Shown here in pieces: positions 47,934 through 60,649 of a stretch of DNA of 64,000 bases. Numbering within the stretch: the stretch's first letter is position 1; every line of letters starts with the position of its first letter. Source of the DNA: an uncultured Acidimicrobiales bacterium (lineage in GTDB: Bacteria > Actinomycetota > Acidimicrobiia > Acidimicrobiales > JAHEJN01). Below the pieces are notes generated by a model. That model made no database searches. It saw nothing but the letters and a program-made list of their open reading frames with translations, and had not been told where the DNA came from. The translations under genes and the position numbers were made by a program. Where the stretch lies: contig CAVOZP010000004.1 in NCBI GenBank assembly GCA_963700995.1, positions 237,712 to 301,711 of the forward strand, read 5' to 3'.

Positions 47934-49433
47934 TCAGATCTCGAAGCTGATGCCCTGGGCAAGGGGCAGCTCGCGCGAGTAGTTGACGGTGTTGGTCTGG
48001 CGACGCATGTAACCCCGCCACGCATCGGCTCCGGACTCGCGGCCGCCGCCGGTGTCCTTCTCGCCGCCGAAGGCACCGCCGATCTCGGCGCCCGACGGAC
48101 CGATGTTGACGTTGGCGATACCGCAGTCGGATCCCGTGGCCGAAAGGAACTGCTCGGTCTCGCGTACATCGGTGGAGAAGATGCACGAGGACAATCCCTG
48201 CGGTACGTCGTTGTGCATGGCGATCGCGTCGGGCAGCTCGCAGTAGCGCATGGCATAGAGCAACGGTGCGAACGTCTCTTCGCGCACGAGCTCGGTCTGG
48301 TCGGGCATCTCGACGATCGCGGGTCGCACGTAATAGCCGTCGGGATACTCGTCGGCCAGCGCCCGGTCGCCGCCGGACACCTCGCCACCGTCGGCCCGGC
48401 TCCGCTCGAGCGCGTTCTGCATGGCGACGAAGGCCTGTTCGTCGATGAGCGGACCGACGAGCACGCCGTCGCTGAGCGGGTCGCCGATGGGAAGGTCCTG
48501 GTACACCGACCGCAGCCGGGGGAGCAGGTCGTCGTACACGTCGTCGTGCACGATCAGCCGTCGCAACGAGGTGCACCGCTGCCCGGCAGTGCCGACGGCA
48601 GAGAACACGATGGCCCGAGTGGCCAGGTCGAGGTCGGCCGACGGGGTGACGATCATGGCGTTGTTGCCGCCGAGCTCGAGGATGGTGCGCCCGAGCCGTT
48701 CGGCCATGGCCGAAGCGACGGCACGGCCCATCCGGGTCGAGCCCGTCGCCGAGACCAACGCAACGTGGGGGCTCGCGGTGAGGGCCGCACCCAGCTCGGC
48801 ACCACCGATCGCGACCTGGCTGAGCCCTGCGGGTGCGTCACCGAACCGGGCAAGGGCCCGCTCGACGATCACCTGGGTGGCGAGAGCGGTGAGCGGCGTC
48901 TTCTCCGACGGCTTCCAGATGACCGGGTCGCCGCAGACCAGCGCCAGCGCGGCGTTCCACGACCACACAGCGACGGGGAAGTTGAACGCCGAGACAACGC
49001 CGCACACCCCGAGGGGATGCCAGGTCTCACGCATCACGTGCCCTGGGCGCTCCGAGGCGATGGTGAGGCCGTGCAGCTGACGCGACACGCCGACGGCGAA
49101 GTCGCAGATGTCGATCATCTCCTGCACCTCACCGAGACCTTCCTGGACGATCTTGCCGGCTTCGAGCGACACCAGGGCACCCAGCTGTTCCTTGGCGGCC
49201 CGGAGCTCTTCGCCGATGAGACGGACCAGCTCGCCTCGGCGGGGTGCCGGCACCGTGCGCCACGACTCGAATGCCTCCCGGGCGGCGTCGATCATGATGT
49301 TCATGTCGGCGGCGGTGTGCTGGTGAACGTGGGCGATCTCGCTGCCATCGATGGGTGTGGTGACCGCAAGGGTGCCGCCGCGCAATGTGTCACCGGAGAG
49401 TCCGACGTCTTTCAGTATCTGCTCATAAGCCAT
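47934..49433 (-). CDS. ALDH7-type aldehyde dehydrogenase (piperideine-6-carboxylate / alpha-aminoadipic semialdehyde dehydrogenase-like)
   Basis: 499 aa with GEVQEMIDICDFAVGVSRQL (antiquitin-like), ELGGNNA and GTAGQRCTS catalytic motifs. Confidence 0.85.
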   Translation of the reverse strand: MAYEQILKDVGLSGDTLRGGTLAVTTPIDGSEIAHVHQHTAADMNIMIDAAREAFESWRTVPAPRRGELVRLIGEELRAAKEQLGALVSLEAGKIVQEGLGEVQEMIDICDFAVGVSRQLHGLTIASERPGHVMRETWHPLGVCGVVSAFNFPVAVWSWNAALALVCGDPVIWKPSEKTPLTALATQVIVERALARFGDAPAGLSQVAIGGAELGAALTASPHVALVSATGSTRMGRAVASAMAERLGRTILELGGNNAMIVTPSADLDLATRAIVFSAVGTAGQRCTSLRRLIVHDDVYDDLLPRLRSVYQDLPIGDPLSDGVLVGPLIDEQAFVAMQNALERSRADGGEVSGGDRALADEYPDGYYVRPAIVEMPDQTELVREETFAPLLYAMRYCELPDAIAMHNDVPQGLSSCIFSTDVRETEQFLSATGSDCGIANVNIGPSGAEIGGAFGGEKDTGGGRESGADAWRGYMRRQTNTVNYSRELPLAQGISFEI

Positions 49434-49478
49434 GTTTCAGACATTACATCGCACACCGCCTCATGTAACATCTGCTGC
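49434..49478. promoter_or_regulatory. 45-bp divergent intergenic region with TTACAT-N13-ATGTAA
   Basis: AT-richer spacer between the ALDH7 gene and the RpiR gene. Contains a 6-bp inverted repeat and a T(T/A)ACATC direct repeat. Confidence 0.3.
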
Positions 49479-50338
49479 ATGGTCGCCGCAGAGCCCACGC
49501 TCGCCCAGCTCGTGGCCGGAGCCGGTGACGAGCTCACTCCCACCGAGCGACGGTTGGCTGCGGTCATGCTCGAAGATCCCACCGTGGTCGCGTTCGGCAC
49601 CGTCGCCGACGTCGCCCGTCGTATCGACGCCAGCGGCCCCACCGTCGTCCGCTTCGCCGCCAAGCTCGGCTTCGACGGCTACGGGGCGCTGCAAGACCGC
49701 GCCCGCGCAGCCATGGCTGCCCAGCTCCAGCGCCCGACCGATCGCATTCGCAAGACCGACGAGGCGGCCGTGTTCGATCGGGCCCGGGCCACCGCGCTCC
49801 GCACGGTCGAGGCCGCGTTCGCCTCCGTCGGTCCGGGTCTGCTCGAAGCCATGGCCGCGCTCGTCGCCGAATCGCCCGGTCGTGTGTGGATCGTGGCGTC
49901 GGCAACGTCGCCCGCTCCGGGACAGGTGCTTCTGGTCGGACTCGGAGCGCTGCGCCCCGACGTCCGCCAGCTTGCCGGCGGCAGGGGAGCGGTGGCCGCC
50001 CAGATCGCCGATGCGGGTGTCGGCGACGTCGTCGTCGCCGTCGACTTCAAGCGGTACGAGCACGACGTGGCCCACGCCACCCGTGACCTCGCCGCGGCCG
50101 GCGCCAAGGTCGTTGCCATCACCGACAGCGCCTTGTCGCTCATCGCCGGGTTGGCCGACCACTGGTGTGAGATCGACGTGCCCGCCATCGGCCCCTTCGA
50201 CACCAGCCTCGGCGCGGTGGCCGTCTGTGAGGCCCTGGTCGCCGAGGTCGCCGACCAGCTCCGCGACACGCTGCCTGAACGGTTCGACCGGCTCGAGGCG
50301 TTGTGGGCGGCGAACGACATGTTTCTCGGAGCGGACGG

Positions 50339-50342
<4 letters not shown>
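49479..50342 (+). CDS. MurR/RpiR-family transcriptional regulator (HTH + SIS)
   Basis: ATG at 49479 inside ORF 47667..50342. N-terminal HTH (TVADVARRIDASGPTVVRFAAKLGF) and a C-terminal SIS-like domain. Confidence 0.8.
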
Positions 50343-52516
<2,174 letters not shown>

Positions 52517-52553
52517 TTCCCTCGGATGTACGGCTGATGGTGGCGGAGCGGAT

Positions 52554-52877
52554 CTACTCGCCGGTCCCGCCATCGTCGAGGTCGAACACGAGGAGACCGT
52601 CGAGCCCGCCGTCGAGCAGGCCCACCAGCGCGGCACCGACCTCACGGTGGTCGTCGTTGGCCAGGTAGGCATCGCGTGCCGCAGTGTCGGCGAATTCGAT
52701 GACGAACCCGTCGTCGAAACCCCGCGACCGTCCTTCCGGGCTCGTGTTCGCGCCGAACGCAATGCAGCCGAACCCCGGCACCTGGTCGCGAAGAGTGGCG
52801 AGCCGTCGATGAATCGTCGCCTTCTCGTCGTCGCCGACTTCGGCTCGGAACTTCAACCACACGCAGTGTCGGATCAC
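52554..52877 (-). CDS. Dabb-family (stress-responsive A/B barrel) protein
   Basis: 107 aa, MIRHCVWLKFR...Y..H..H pattern. Confidence 0.8.
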   Translation of the reverse strand: MIRHCVWLKFRAEVGDDEKATIHRRLATLRDQVPGFGCIAFGANTSPEGRSRGFDDGFVIEFADTAARDAYLANDDHREVGAALVGLLDGGLDGLLVFDLDDGGTGE

Positions 52878-52948
52878 GTGCGGAGGTTAGCCATCGGCGG
52901 GCTGGGCGTCGCCGGCTCGCGGTCGACACCGACTCGTAGGCTGACCCC

Positions 52949-53576
52949 ATGCGTGCGAAAACTGCCGAGCTCTGGGCGCAGCAAGACCGACACACCGGCG
53001 ACCGCCATCGCCTGTTCGGGGCCGTCGCCGAAGCGGTGGAGGCGACCACCGTTCTGTACGCGGGTTCCTACGTCGATGTGGCCGCGTCGTTCGTGTGGCC
53101 GGCAGTCACCTATGTCGATGTCGACCGGCGGGCGGCCGCCTTCTTCGACGACGTCGACGGTGTGCACGCGGTCATCGTCGCCCAGCCGGGGGCACCGGAG
53201 CAGCCGGAGGTCACCTTCGTTCCCGCCGACTACACCACCGACCTGCCGTTCGAGCGGGGCTCGTTCGATCTGCTCATCTCGCTCTACGCCGGGCCGATAT
53301 CGAGGCACTGCACCCGATACCTGCGGGTCGGCGGGTCGCTGCTCGTGAACCCGAGCCACGGCGACGCGGCCCTCGCGTCGATCGACGACCGCTACGAGCT
53401 GAGCGGGGTGGTCCGCTCACGATCAGGCGCGTACTCGGTGAGCACCGGACGCGCTCGACACCCATCTCATCCCGAAGAAGCCCGTCGAGATCACCGTCGA
53501 GTCGATCGAGCGCTCCGGGCGCGGCATTGCGTACACCAAGTCGCCATTCGCCTACCTGTTCCGGCGCATCGCCTGA
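52949..53576 (+). pseudogene. methyltransferase-like hypothetical protein; one frameshift near 53445 as sequenced
   Basis: The body is in frame 2. A plausible C-terminus DALDTHLIPKKPVEITVESIERSGRGIAYTKSPFAYLFRRIA* is in frame 0 and ends at 53576. Confidence 0.5.
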
Positions 53577-53588
53577 GCGGAGCCGCTT

Positions 53589-53957
53589 CTAGGTCGTCGG
53601 CGAGTCGGGGTTGTCGATGATGTACTTCCACGTGGAGTCGGACTGCCGGCGGAGCACCTCGGCGCTACGACCGCTCACCGGCTCTCGACCGTCGTCGAAC
53701 GAGACGCTCCAGTGGGCGCCCACCAACGCGACGTCGCCATGCTCGATCGCGTAGAGGTTCGTGGAGGTCATCGACCCGCCCAGCTGGACGAGCTCGGCGA
53801 GATGATGGTGGATCGCATCGACGCCCACCGACCGTGACCCGTCCATGTTCACGACGATGGCATCGGCCTCGTACAGGCCGATCAGTGCGTCGACGTTGCG
53901 GGCGTTGTAGGCGGCGGCGAACGCGGAGTTGATGGCGGCGGGCTGGAGAATGGGCAT
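53589..53957 (-). CDS. SnoaL-like / NTF2-fold protein
   Basis: 122 aa with the pattern ...FAAAYNARNVDALIGLYEADA... Confidence 0.7.
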   Translation of the reverse strand: MPILQPAAINSAFAAAYNARNVDALIGLYEADAIVVNMDGSRSVGVDAIHHHLAELVQLGGSMTSTNLYAIEHGDVALVGAHWSVSFDDGREPVSGRSAEVLRRQSDSTWKYIIDNPDSPTT

Positions 53958-54007
53958 GTCGCGAGGATAGATGGCCCCGGCGTCGGAATCGGTAGGGTCG
54001 ACGGGCC

Positions 54008-54550
54008 ATGAACATCCTCGCGTTCGCGGCGACCACGAGTCGGTCGTCGATCAACAAGGCACTGGTCACCCACGCCGCGCGGCTGCTCGAGGCCGGCCTG
54101 GTACCCGACGCCCACGTCGAGATCATCGACCTCAACGACTACGAGCCGCCGCTCTACAGCATCGATCGACAGAACGAGGGCGGTATCGCCGAAGCGGCAC
54201 AACGGTTCTTCGCCAAGATCGGCGCCGCCGATGCTGTCCTCGTCTCCTTCGCCGAACACAACGCTTCGTACACCGCGGCGTTCAAGAACGTCTACGACTG
54301 GGCCTCTCGCATCGACCGCCGCGTCTACCAGGACAAGCCAACGGTGATGCTGTCGACGTCGAACGGCTCACGCGGCGGTCGCCGCGTCCTCGACACGGCC
54401 ACGTCGACTGCGCCCCATGTCGGGGCCGACCTCCGCGCCAGCGTCTCGATACCGCATTTCAGCGAGAACTTCGACCTGTCGACGGGCGAGCTCACCGATC
54501 CGGACCTGCGGGCCGAGCTCGAAGCCGCACTCGCAACGTTCGCGCTCTGA
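54008..54550 (+). CDS. NAD(P)H-dependent FMN reductase
   Basis: 180 aa with MNILAFAATTSRSSINK and EHNASYTAAFKN motifs. Confidence 0.85.
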   Translation: MNILAFAATTSRSSINKALVTHAARLLEAGLVPDAHVEIIDLNDYEPPLYSIDRQNEGGIAEAAQRFFAKIGAADAVLVSFAEHNASYTAAFKNVYDWASRIDRRVYQDKPTVMLSTSNGSRGGRRVLDTATSTAPHVGADLRASVSIPHFSENFDLSTGELTDPDLRAELEAALATFAL

Positions 54551-54669
54551 GCCGCGAGTCACGACTGGTGGATCAGATCAGGCGCCAAATCTGTTGCTCG
54601 ATCCGCCGGAATCTGCGAGATTTCGATTGAGGGATCTCGTGGGGGATCTGGAAATTTCAGGGGGCGCAG

Positions 54670-55755
54670 ATGGCTCGTTTCGTGGCTTCGATCGGTCGGG
54701 CAGCAATTGTCGCTGCCGTGTTCATGCTGGTGATGCCCGTTGGTCCGGCTTCGGCCCTCGAGGTCGGGGATCCGATCATCGATGAGCTGGCCGGGCCGCT
54801 CGGCCTGGCGGTCGGCAGCGACGGAACCGTGTACGTGACCGAGGCGTTCGGCGGGCGCCTCACCTCGATCGACCAGCGGGGCCGCACGACGGTTCTGGTC
54901 GATGCCCCCGGCGAGGAGTTGGCCGGGGTGGACGCCAAGGGCAAGGGCACGGTGGTGTTCACCCAGACGCTCTTCGACGGTGAAGCTGGCGAGGAGGCAC
55001 CGCCACTCGATGCGATCCTGGCGAGAGTCACGCCGAACGGCAAGACCTCGCAGGTTGCGTCGACCCAGGCATTCGAGGCTGCCAACAACCCCGACGCCGT
55101 CAACGAGTACGGTCTCGTCGATCCGTCGGACGAGTGCCTGGCGCAGGTCGAGCCGTTCTTCCCGCCGGTCTACTCCGGCATCGTCGAGTCGCACCCCTAT
55201 GCCGTGGCGATCGTGCCGGGCGGCTACGTCGTCGCAGACGCCGCCGGGAATGCGATCTTGCGAGTGGGCGCCAACGGACAGGTATCGACGGTGACGGTGC
55301 TGCCTCCGGTCGAACAGGTGATCGGGCAAGATGCCGTCGACTCGCTCGCCGAAGACGGCGTCGACGTCTCTGCGTGTCTCGGTGAGGCGTATCTCGGTGA
55401 GCCGGTTCCCACCGACGTCGAGGTCGGTCCCGACGGCTACTACTACGTGTCGACGTTGCCCGGCTTCCCCGAGACGATTGGTGCCGGTTCGGTGTGGAAG
55501 GTGAATCCGTCCAACGGTGCGGTCGAGCAGGTCGCCACCGGCCTGGCCGGACCGGTCGACATCGCCGTCGCCGGCGACGGCACGATCTACGTCGCCGAAC
55601 TCTTCGGATTCCAGATCAGCACGATCGTCGGCGGTGTCGTGACCGACTCGGTGTTCGCCGATTCTCCTGGCGCCATCGAGATCGGCCCCGACGGGACGAT
55701 CTACGCCACGACCGGGGTGTTCGGCAACGGCGCCGTCGTGAAGATCACGCCGTAG
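54670..55755 (+). CDS. secreted beta-propeller protein (ScyD/ScyE- or NHL-like)
   Basis: Signal peptide. Repeated G.DG.(I/V)YV(T/A)E blades. Confidence 0.65.
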   Translation: MARFVASIGRAAIVAAVFMLVMPVGPASALEVGDPIIDELAGPLGLAVGSDGTVYVTEAFGGRLTSIDQRGRTTVLVDAPGEELAGVDAKGKGTVVFTQTLFDGEAGEEAPPLDAILARVTPNGKTSQVASTQAFEAANNPDAVNEYGLVDPSDECLAQVEPFFPPVYSGIVESHPYAVAIVPGGYVVADAAGNAILRVGANGQVSTVTVLPPVEQVIGQDAVDSLAEDGVDVSACLGEAYLGEPVPTDVEVGPDGYYYVSTLPGFPETIGAGSVWKVNPSNGAVEQVATGLAGPVDIAVAGDGTIYVAELFGFQISTIVGGVVTDSVFADSPGAIEIGPDGTIYATTGVFGNGAVVKITP

Positions 55756-55818
55756 CGGGCGCGCGGGTGACGGGCGAGGGCTCGTGAGGATCGGGGCGCT
55801 CGCAGCTAGGTTCGATGC

Positions 55819-56058
55819 GTGGATGAACATGACCTGAACCGACTGTTCCTACGCGGGGTATGGGCCAGTGCCATACCCAGTGACGATGACCTCTCCTACG
55901 GGACCTTCGATGATGACCCCGGTGAGATCGAGTGGGGTCTGTTCGAGCTCGATGTGAACACCGGTGAGCCGATTCGCCCGATGCTGGGGCTGCACGAGGA
56001 CATACTCGGCCTTGACCCGTCGGGCAACGAGATGCGACCCCCGACCGATCAGCCATGA
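55819..56058 (+). CDS. small acidic hypothetical protein
   Basis: 79 aa with a GTG start. Its stop overlaps the cutA ATG (ATGA), which suggests translational coupling. Confidence 0.45.
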   Translation: MDEHDLNRLFLRGVWASAIPSDDDLSYGTFDDDPGEIEWGLFELDVNTGEPIRPMLGLHEDILGLDPSGNEMRPPTDQP

Positions 56059-56393
56059 GTGGATCGCGACAAGTCACCGAGGTCCACGTCAACTGCCCGG
56101 ATGCCGAGAGTGCGGCGCACATCGCCGAGCGTCTCGTCGCGTCCAGGCTGGCCGCGTGCTCGAACACCTTGTCTCCCGTCGAGAGCCGCTACTGGTGGAA
56201 CGGGACCATCGAGCGCGACCAGGAGATCCTGGTGATCCTCAAGACCCGTCGGGAGCTCTTCGATCGGGTCGCCGACGCCGTTCAGCAGCTTCACCCCGAC
56301 GACGTGCCGAGCATCATCGGTCACGATGTCTCGGCGGTGAACCGTGCCTACGAGGAGTGGGTCTACGACTCCACGGCCGATCCTGCAGATTGA
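56055..56393 (+). CDS. cutA: divalent-cation tolerance protein CutA
   Basis: 112 aa with the pattern LAAC.N......S.YWW.G.IE...E..L..KT. Confidence 0.85.
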   Translation: MSGSRQVTEVHVNCPDAESAAHIAERLVASRLAACSNTLSPVESRYWWNGTIERDQEILVILKTRRELFDRVADAVQQLHPDDVPSIIGHDVSAVNRAYEEWVYDSTADPAD

Positions 56394-56445
56394 ACGATGC
56401 CGTGACCAGCCGGCCGGGTCGGGTGATCCGGCCCGACCTCGCCGG

Positions 56446-56670
56446 ATCAGCGTCGACGGCGTGTCCGACCACGAGCGGTGGTCGCACGACATCGAGGCTG
56501 CCACCGGCCACGCCGTGGGCTACCCGCTCATCGGCGACCCTCGGCTCGAGGTCGTCAAGCTGTACGACATGCTGCCCGGCGACACCAGCGATCGACGGAT
56601 CGGTCCCGTTGGGACTCCGTGGCGGCTGCGGAATGCCGTTTTCGCGTTCATCCGATCGGACGGCAGGGTG
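56446..56670 (+). pseudogene. internal fragment of a 1-Cys/Prx6-type peroxiredoxin
   Basis: ISVDGVSDHERWSHDIEAATGHAVGYPLIGDPRLEVVKLYDMLPGDTS matches the middle of peroxiredoxins. The N-terminal PVCTTE region and the C-terminus are absent. Confidence 0.6.
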
Positions 56671-57744
56671 CTCACTGTGACATCCGATCGCCACGTCGAA
56701 CTGTTCGATCTCGGGAGCGGCCCGCTCCTCGACCAGGTGATCGATGTCGATCCGTTCGCATCGTTCGCCTTCAACGCAGGTCTGGCCGGTGCGATCTCGA
56801 TTCCGGATGGCACCGTCGAGATCGTCGATCTCGCGACGGGCGAGCGGTCGAATCCGGAACTGCTGACTCCCGCAGGCGACCGGTTCGACGCAGTCACGAT
56901 CTCGCCCGAGACCGACGGCCTGTGGGCAGTCGGCAAGGACATGATCATCGCCCGCTGGGAGGGCGATCGGTTGGTGGAGGAGTTGGAGCTCGGCGGCAAC
57001 GGTGTGACCGGAACTCGGTATCTCGATCGATGGGCGCTCATGAGCGATCAGGCCGATGGGCGGGTGGTCGACCTCGTGAATCTCGAACCGGGAGCAGTCG
57101 GCGTCGAGTTCCGTGTTCCGGCGCCGAACGGCAGCACAGCCCACCCATCCCGAGAAGGCGGTGTGCACATCGTCGACGCCGACGGACGGATCCACACCTA
57201 TGACGCCGAAGGGACATTGATCGCCGAAGTGGCGACCGCCGTCCATCGATGGCGGCTCGTCAGAGGGACGGAGGTCGAGATAATCACGCTCGACCCGGCA
57301 AGCGGACGGCTCGCCCTCGCCGACCGAGAAGGCGGTGTATTGATCGTCGATCCGATAACGGGCGAACCCCAGTTGTTGCCGGTGAGCGATGCGGCCGCCA
57401 ACCTCGGTTTCGCTCGCAATGGCGAGCTGCTCGCGATCACCGGCGCGGACGGCACCGTTCGCCTCTGGGATGTCGAGCGCAATGCGTCTGCCGGTGTCGT
57501 CTGGACCGGCACCGGCGCGGTCTCCGGCTCACCGTCGTGGTATGACGAGGCCACCGACACCATCTGGGTGAGCTCATCGGGAAAACTGCTTCAGATTCCG
57601 CTCGACCCCGAACTGTGGCTGGAGCGGGCCTGCGTGGCCGCCGGCCGCAACTTCACCCAGGAGGAGTGGGACCGCTACGTGCCCGGCGACCGGCCGATGT
57701 GGTTCTCGTGCCTCGATCTCGTCGGCACCGGCGCGAACCTCTGA
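56671..57744 (+). CDS. WD40-like beta-propeller with a STAND-type C-terminal tail; no start of its own (in frame with the Prx fragment)
   Basis: Blade motifs (ADGTVRLWDV). The C-terminal ...ACVAAGRNFTQEEWDRYVPG... tail is typical of actinobacterial NTPase-WD40 proteins. Confidence 0.5.
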   Translation, partial: LTVTSDRHVELFDLGSGPLLDQVIDVDPFASFAFNAGLAGAISIPDGTVEIVDLATGERSNPELLTPAGDRFDAVTISPETDGLWAVGKDMIIARWEGDRLVEELELGGNGVTGTRYLDRWALMSDQADGRVVDLVNLEPGAVGVEFRVPAPNGSTAHPSREGGVHIVDADGRIHTYDAEGTLIAEVATAVHRWRLVRGTEVEIITLDPASGRLALADREGGVLIVDPITGEPQLLPVSDAAANLGFARNGELLAITGADGTVRLWDVERNASAGVVWTGTGAVSGSPSWYDEATDTIWVSSSGKLLQIPLDPELWLERACVAAGRNFTQEEWDRYVPGDRPMWFSCLDLVGTGANL

Positions 57745-57779
57745 CATACCTCGGGTCGGCAGGGTGACGGGCGTCGCGC

Positions 57780-58437
57780 TCAGCGGCGTCGGATCAAGGT
57801 GACGCCGTCGCCGATCGGCAGCATGACGGCGTGCACGTCGGCCCGACCGGCCACGTGGTCGTTGAAGTCGCGCAGCGCCACCGTGAGCTCCGACGTGTCG
57901 CTGGGGTCGACCATGGCTCCGTCCCAGAGCACGTTGTCGACCACGATCACGCCCCGGCCGCTCAAGCGCGGCACCAGTTGATCGAGATAGCCGCGATAGC
58001 CGCCCTTGTCGGCGTCGACGAAGGCGAGGTCGATGCTCGGTTCGTGGGGGAGCACGGCGAGGCCCTCGGCGGCCGCACCGATCCGCAGCTCGATCCGATC
58101 GGCCACGCCGGCCTCCTCCCACGCCTGCTGCACCGGTTGCCAGATACTCGTCGCTGATGTCGAAGCACACGAGCCGACCGCCCTCGGGCAGGCCCCGGGC
58201 CAGCCACAGCGCGGACATGCCGGTGAAGGTGCCTATCTCGACCACGAACCGGGCACCGGTGATGGCCACCAGCATCGACAGGAAACGGCCCTGGTCGGCG
58301 CCGATGTTCATGCCGGCCTGGTCGCCGAAGCGCTCCTGGGTGACCGCAGCCAGCCCCTCGCTCACCGCGTCATCGGCCGGGTTGGCGTGAGCCAGCACGT
58401 AGTCGTACAGGGCGTCGTTCATCTCGATCCAGCGCAT
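57780..58437 (-). pseudogene. class I O-methyltransferase (caffeoyl-CoA OMT-like); one frameshift near 58140 as sequenced
   Basis: VVEIGTFTGMSALWLA SAM motif in frame 0. FVDADKGGY...VVDNVLW in frame 2. Confidence 0.85.
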
Positions 58438-58534
58438 GTCACTCCGTACCAGATCGTGGCGCGCTGCGCCGACTCGGGTCTCCTCGGGGGGCGACCAACC
58501 GCCGCCCCCCGAGGATCATCCGATCGAGGTCAGG

Positions 58535-60080
58535 TCAGGAATTCGGGAGGAAATCCTGGTTCTGTGCCTTGAAGTTGCCCTTGCCCGGGACGCCGTTGAC
58601 CGTCTCGGTGTTCATGCCGTAGCTGAGCACCGCGGCGGCGACCGCGTCGGAGTTGACCGAGAGCGCCTCGAGGCTGATGTTGTCGAAGGTGTCGCACGCC
58701 AGGTGGTAGCACGGGTCGTACTGATCGCCGGCGGTGCCACCCCAGATCGCAGCCTGTTCATCCGTCTTGACAACCTCGGCGCCGGTGAAGAGCCCGCCGG
58801 CGGGGATGCCGACCGCGATGAACGGTCCGTAGTCGGATCGTCCCGAGAAGTCGGTGCCGAGGAACGGGAGGTCACGGGCCTCGTAGAAGTTCTCGAAGAA
58901 CTGCTCTATCTGGGCAGAGCCTTCCGGACCCGGGCCGGCGCCCACGCCGTCGGAGTCGTCGCCGTCGTAGATGAAGTAGACGAAGTTCGGCGAGCCGATC
59001 ATGTCGAAGTTCAGGTACAGGGCGATGTCGTCCAGCTCGTCCTGGGTGCGATCGTTGACGTAGGCGGTGGAGCCGACGAGGCCGAGCTCTTCTCCGCCCC
59101 ACCAGGCGAACCGCACGGTGTTCACCGGCTTGACCTTCGCCATCTGCACGGCGGTCTCCAGAATCGCCGAGCTGCCCGATCCGTTGTCCTGGATGCCGGG
59201 ACCGGCCTGCACGGAGTCGAGGTGCGGCGCCGGCCATCACGACGTTGTCGTCGTTCTTGCCCGGCAGCTCGGCGATGATGTTGTAGTTGGTGCGGGTCTC
59301 GGGCGGGTCGACGTCGATGAACGCCTCCGAGCCTGTCTGGGAGAGAGCGATGCCGTTGGCGAAGCTTCCACCGACCACGGGGACCGTGAGGTTGCTCGGG
59401 GAGCCGTCGGGCAGCGCCGACGCATTGGCCACGATCAAGCCGGTACGGGTGGGCGAGTTGCCCTGGTTGAAGATGATGACCGCTTCTGCGCCGGCCGCCT
59501 CGGCGTTGACCGCCTTCTCTGAGAAGAAGCAGGTCCCCCGTTGGATGAGCGCGATGTCGGCCGGGCCGCTGAAATCGAGCCCGGCGAAGTCGGAGGGCTC
59601 GCAGCCGCTGGTCGACGTACCGGGATCGTTGGGCCACGTCGAGTCGCCCAACGCCAGGTCGACGCCGATCACCCCACCGGTGAGTGTGCCGAACCCGCTG
59701 CCGGTGAACACGCCGGTCTCGTAGGTTGCAGCAATCGGCGCGAGCTGCTGGAGAGTCGCCGGGGGTACGAAGGTGAACGCGAAGGGATCGAGCTCGACGT
59801 CGTAGCCTGCGGCTTCCAACGTGTCCACCACGTAAGCGACGCTTGCGTCGTAGCCGGGGAAGCCGGCGGCGCGGTTGCCCCCCTCGGTGGCGTCGGCGGC
59901 CGCCTGGAGAGCGGCCTGATGGCTGCGGACACCGTCGACGGTGACGCATTCGAGCAGTTTGTTGATCGTGTTGTTGTTGCGGTTCTCGCAGGCGGTCTTG
60001 CCGGCAGACGCACCGGGAGCGACCGCCACCAGCGTGGCCAACAACACGCAAGCGACCAACGACGCAAGTAGAGATCTCAT
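58535..60080 (-). pseudogene. secreted M28 aminopeptidase with a PA domain; one frameshift near 59220-59230 as sequenced
   Basis: The signal peptide and PA domain are in frame 2. GPGIQDNGSGS and WWGGEELGLVGS metal-ligand motifs are in frame 1. Confidence 0.85.
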
Positions 60081-60304
60081 CTGTTTGTCTTCCCCTGATA
60101 GCTGAATGAACGGCGGCCCCATTCGTCGGAGCGGCCCGCTCCCTCCTGACTTCCTATCAAACGGCACCTGAGTCTGTCGAGGTTGAGTCGGCGGCCGCAG
60201 CCTCGCTACGGGGTGTCGGATGTGTCGTCGGAGGAGCCCTCGCTGCGGCGGCGGGCTCGAGGGCTCGACGTGCGGCGCCACCGGGCTCGTGTCACCCTGG
60301 AGAG

Positions 60305-60603
60305 ATGGCTGCGAACGGAACGGCGGGTCGCCCACCGAGTGTGGACCGACCACCGCAGGCCGAGGTCATCGAGGCCTGGCTGGGGCCCGCCGACCTCGAA
60401 CGCTTCGACCGGCTGGCGGCCAAGCGGGGCGTCGACCGCAGCACGCGCTGGCCGGACAGGCCATCGATGCCCTCCTCGCTCAGGAGGCGATTCGCGGTGG
60501 GTTCATGACGCCAGCGCCGATGAGGGTCCCCGAGAACCGCATCCCGACCGACTCGGCCACCGTCGGGCGGATCCGCCGGCTGCTTCGCATCAGCGATCGC
60601 TGA
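60305..60603 (+). pseudogene. small ribbon-helix-helix (CopG/Arc-like) protein; one frameshift near 60440 as sequenced
   Basis: VIEAWLGPADLERFDRLAAKRGVDRS is in one frame and continues as LAGQAIDALLAQEAI... in another. No partner toxin gene seen. Confidence 0.35.
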
Positions 60604-60649
60604 ACGCCGAGCGCGTGACGCCCCGCCGCCGAGCGGGCAGAATGCACGG

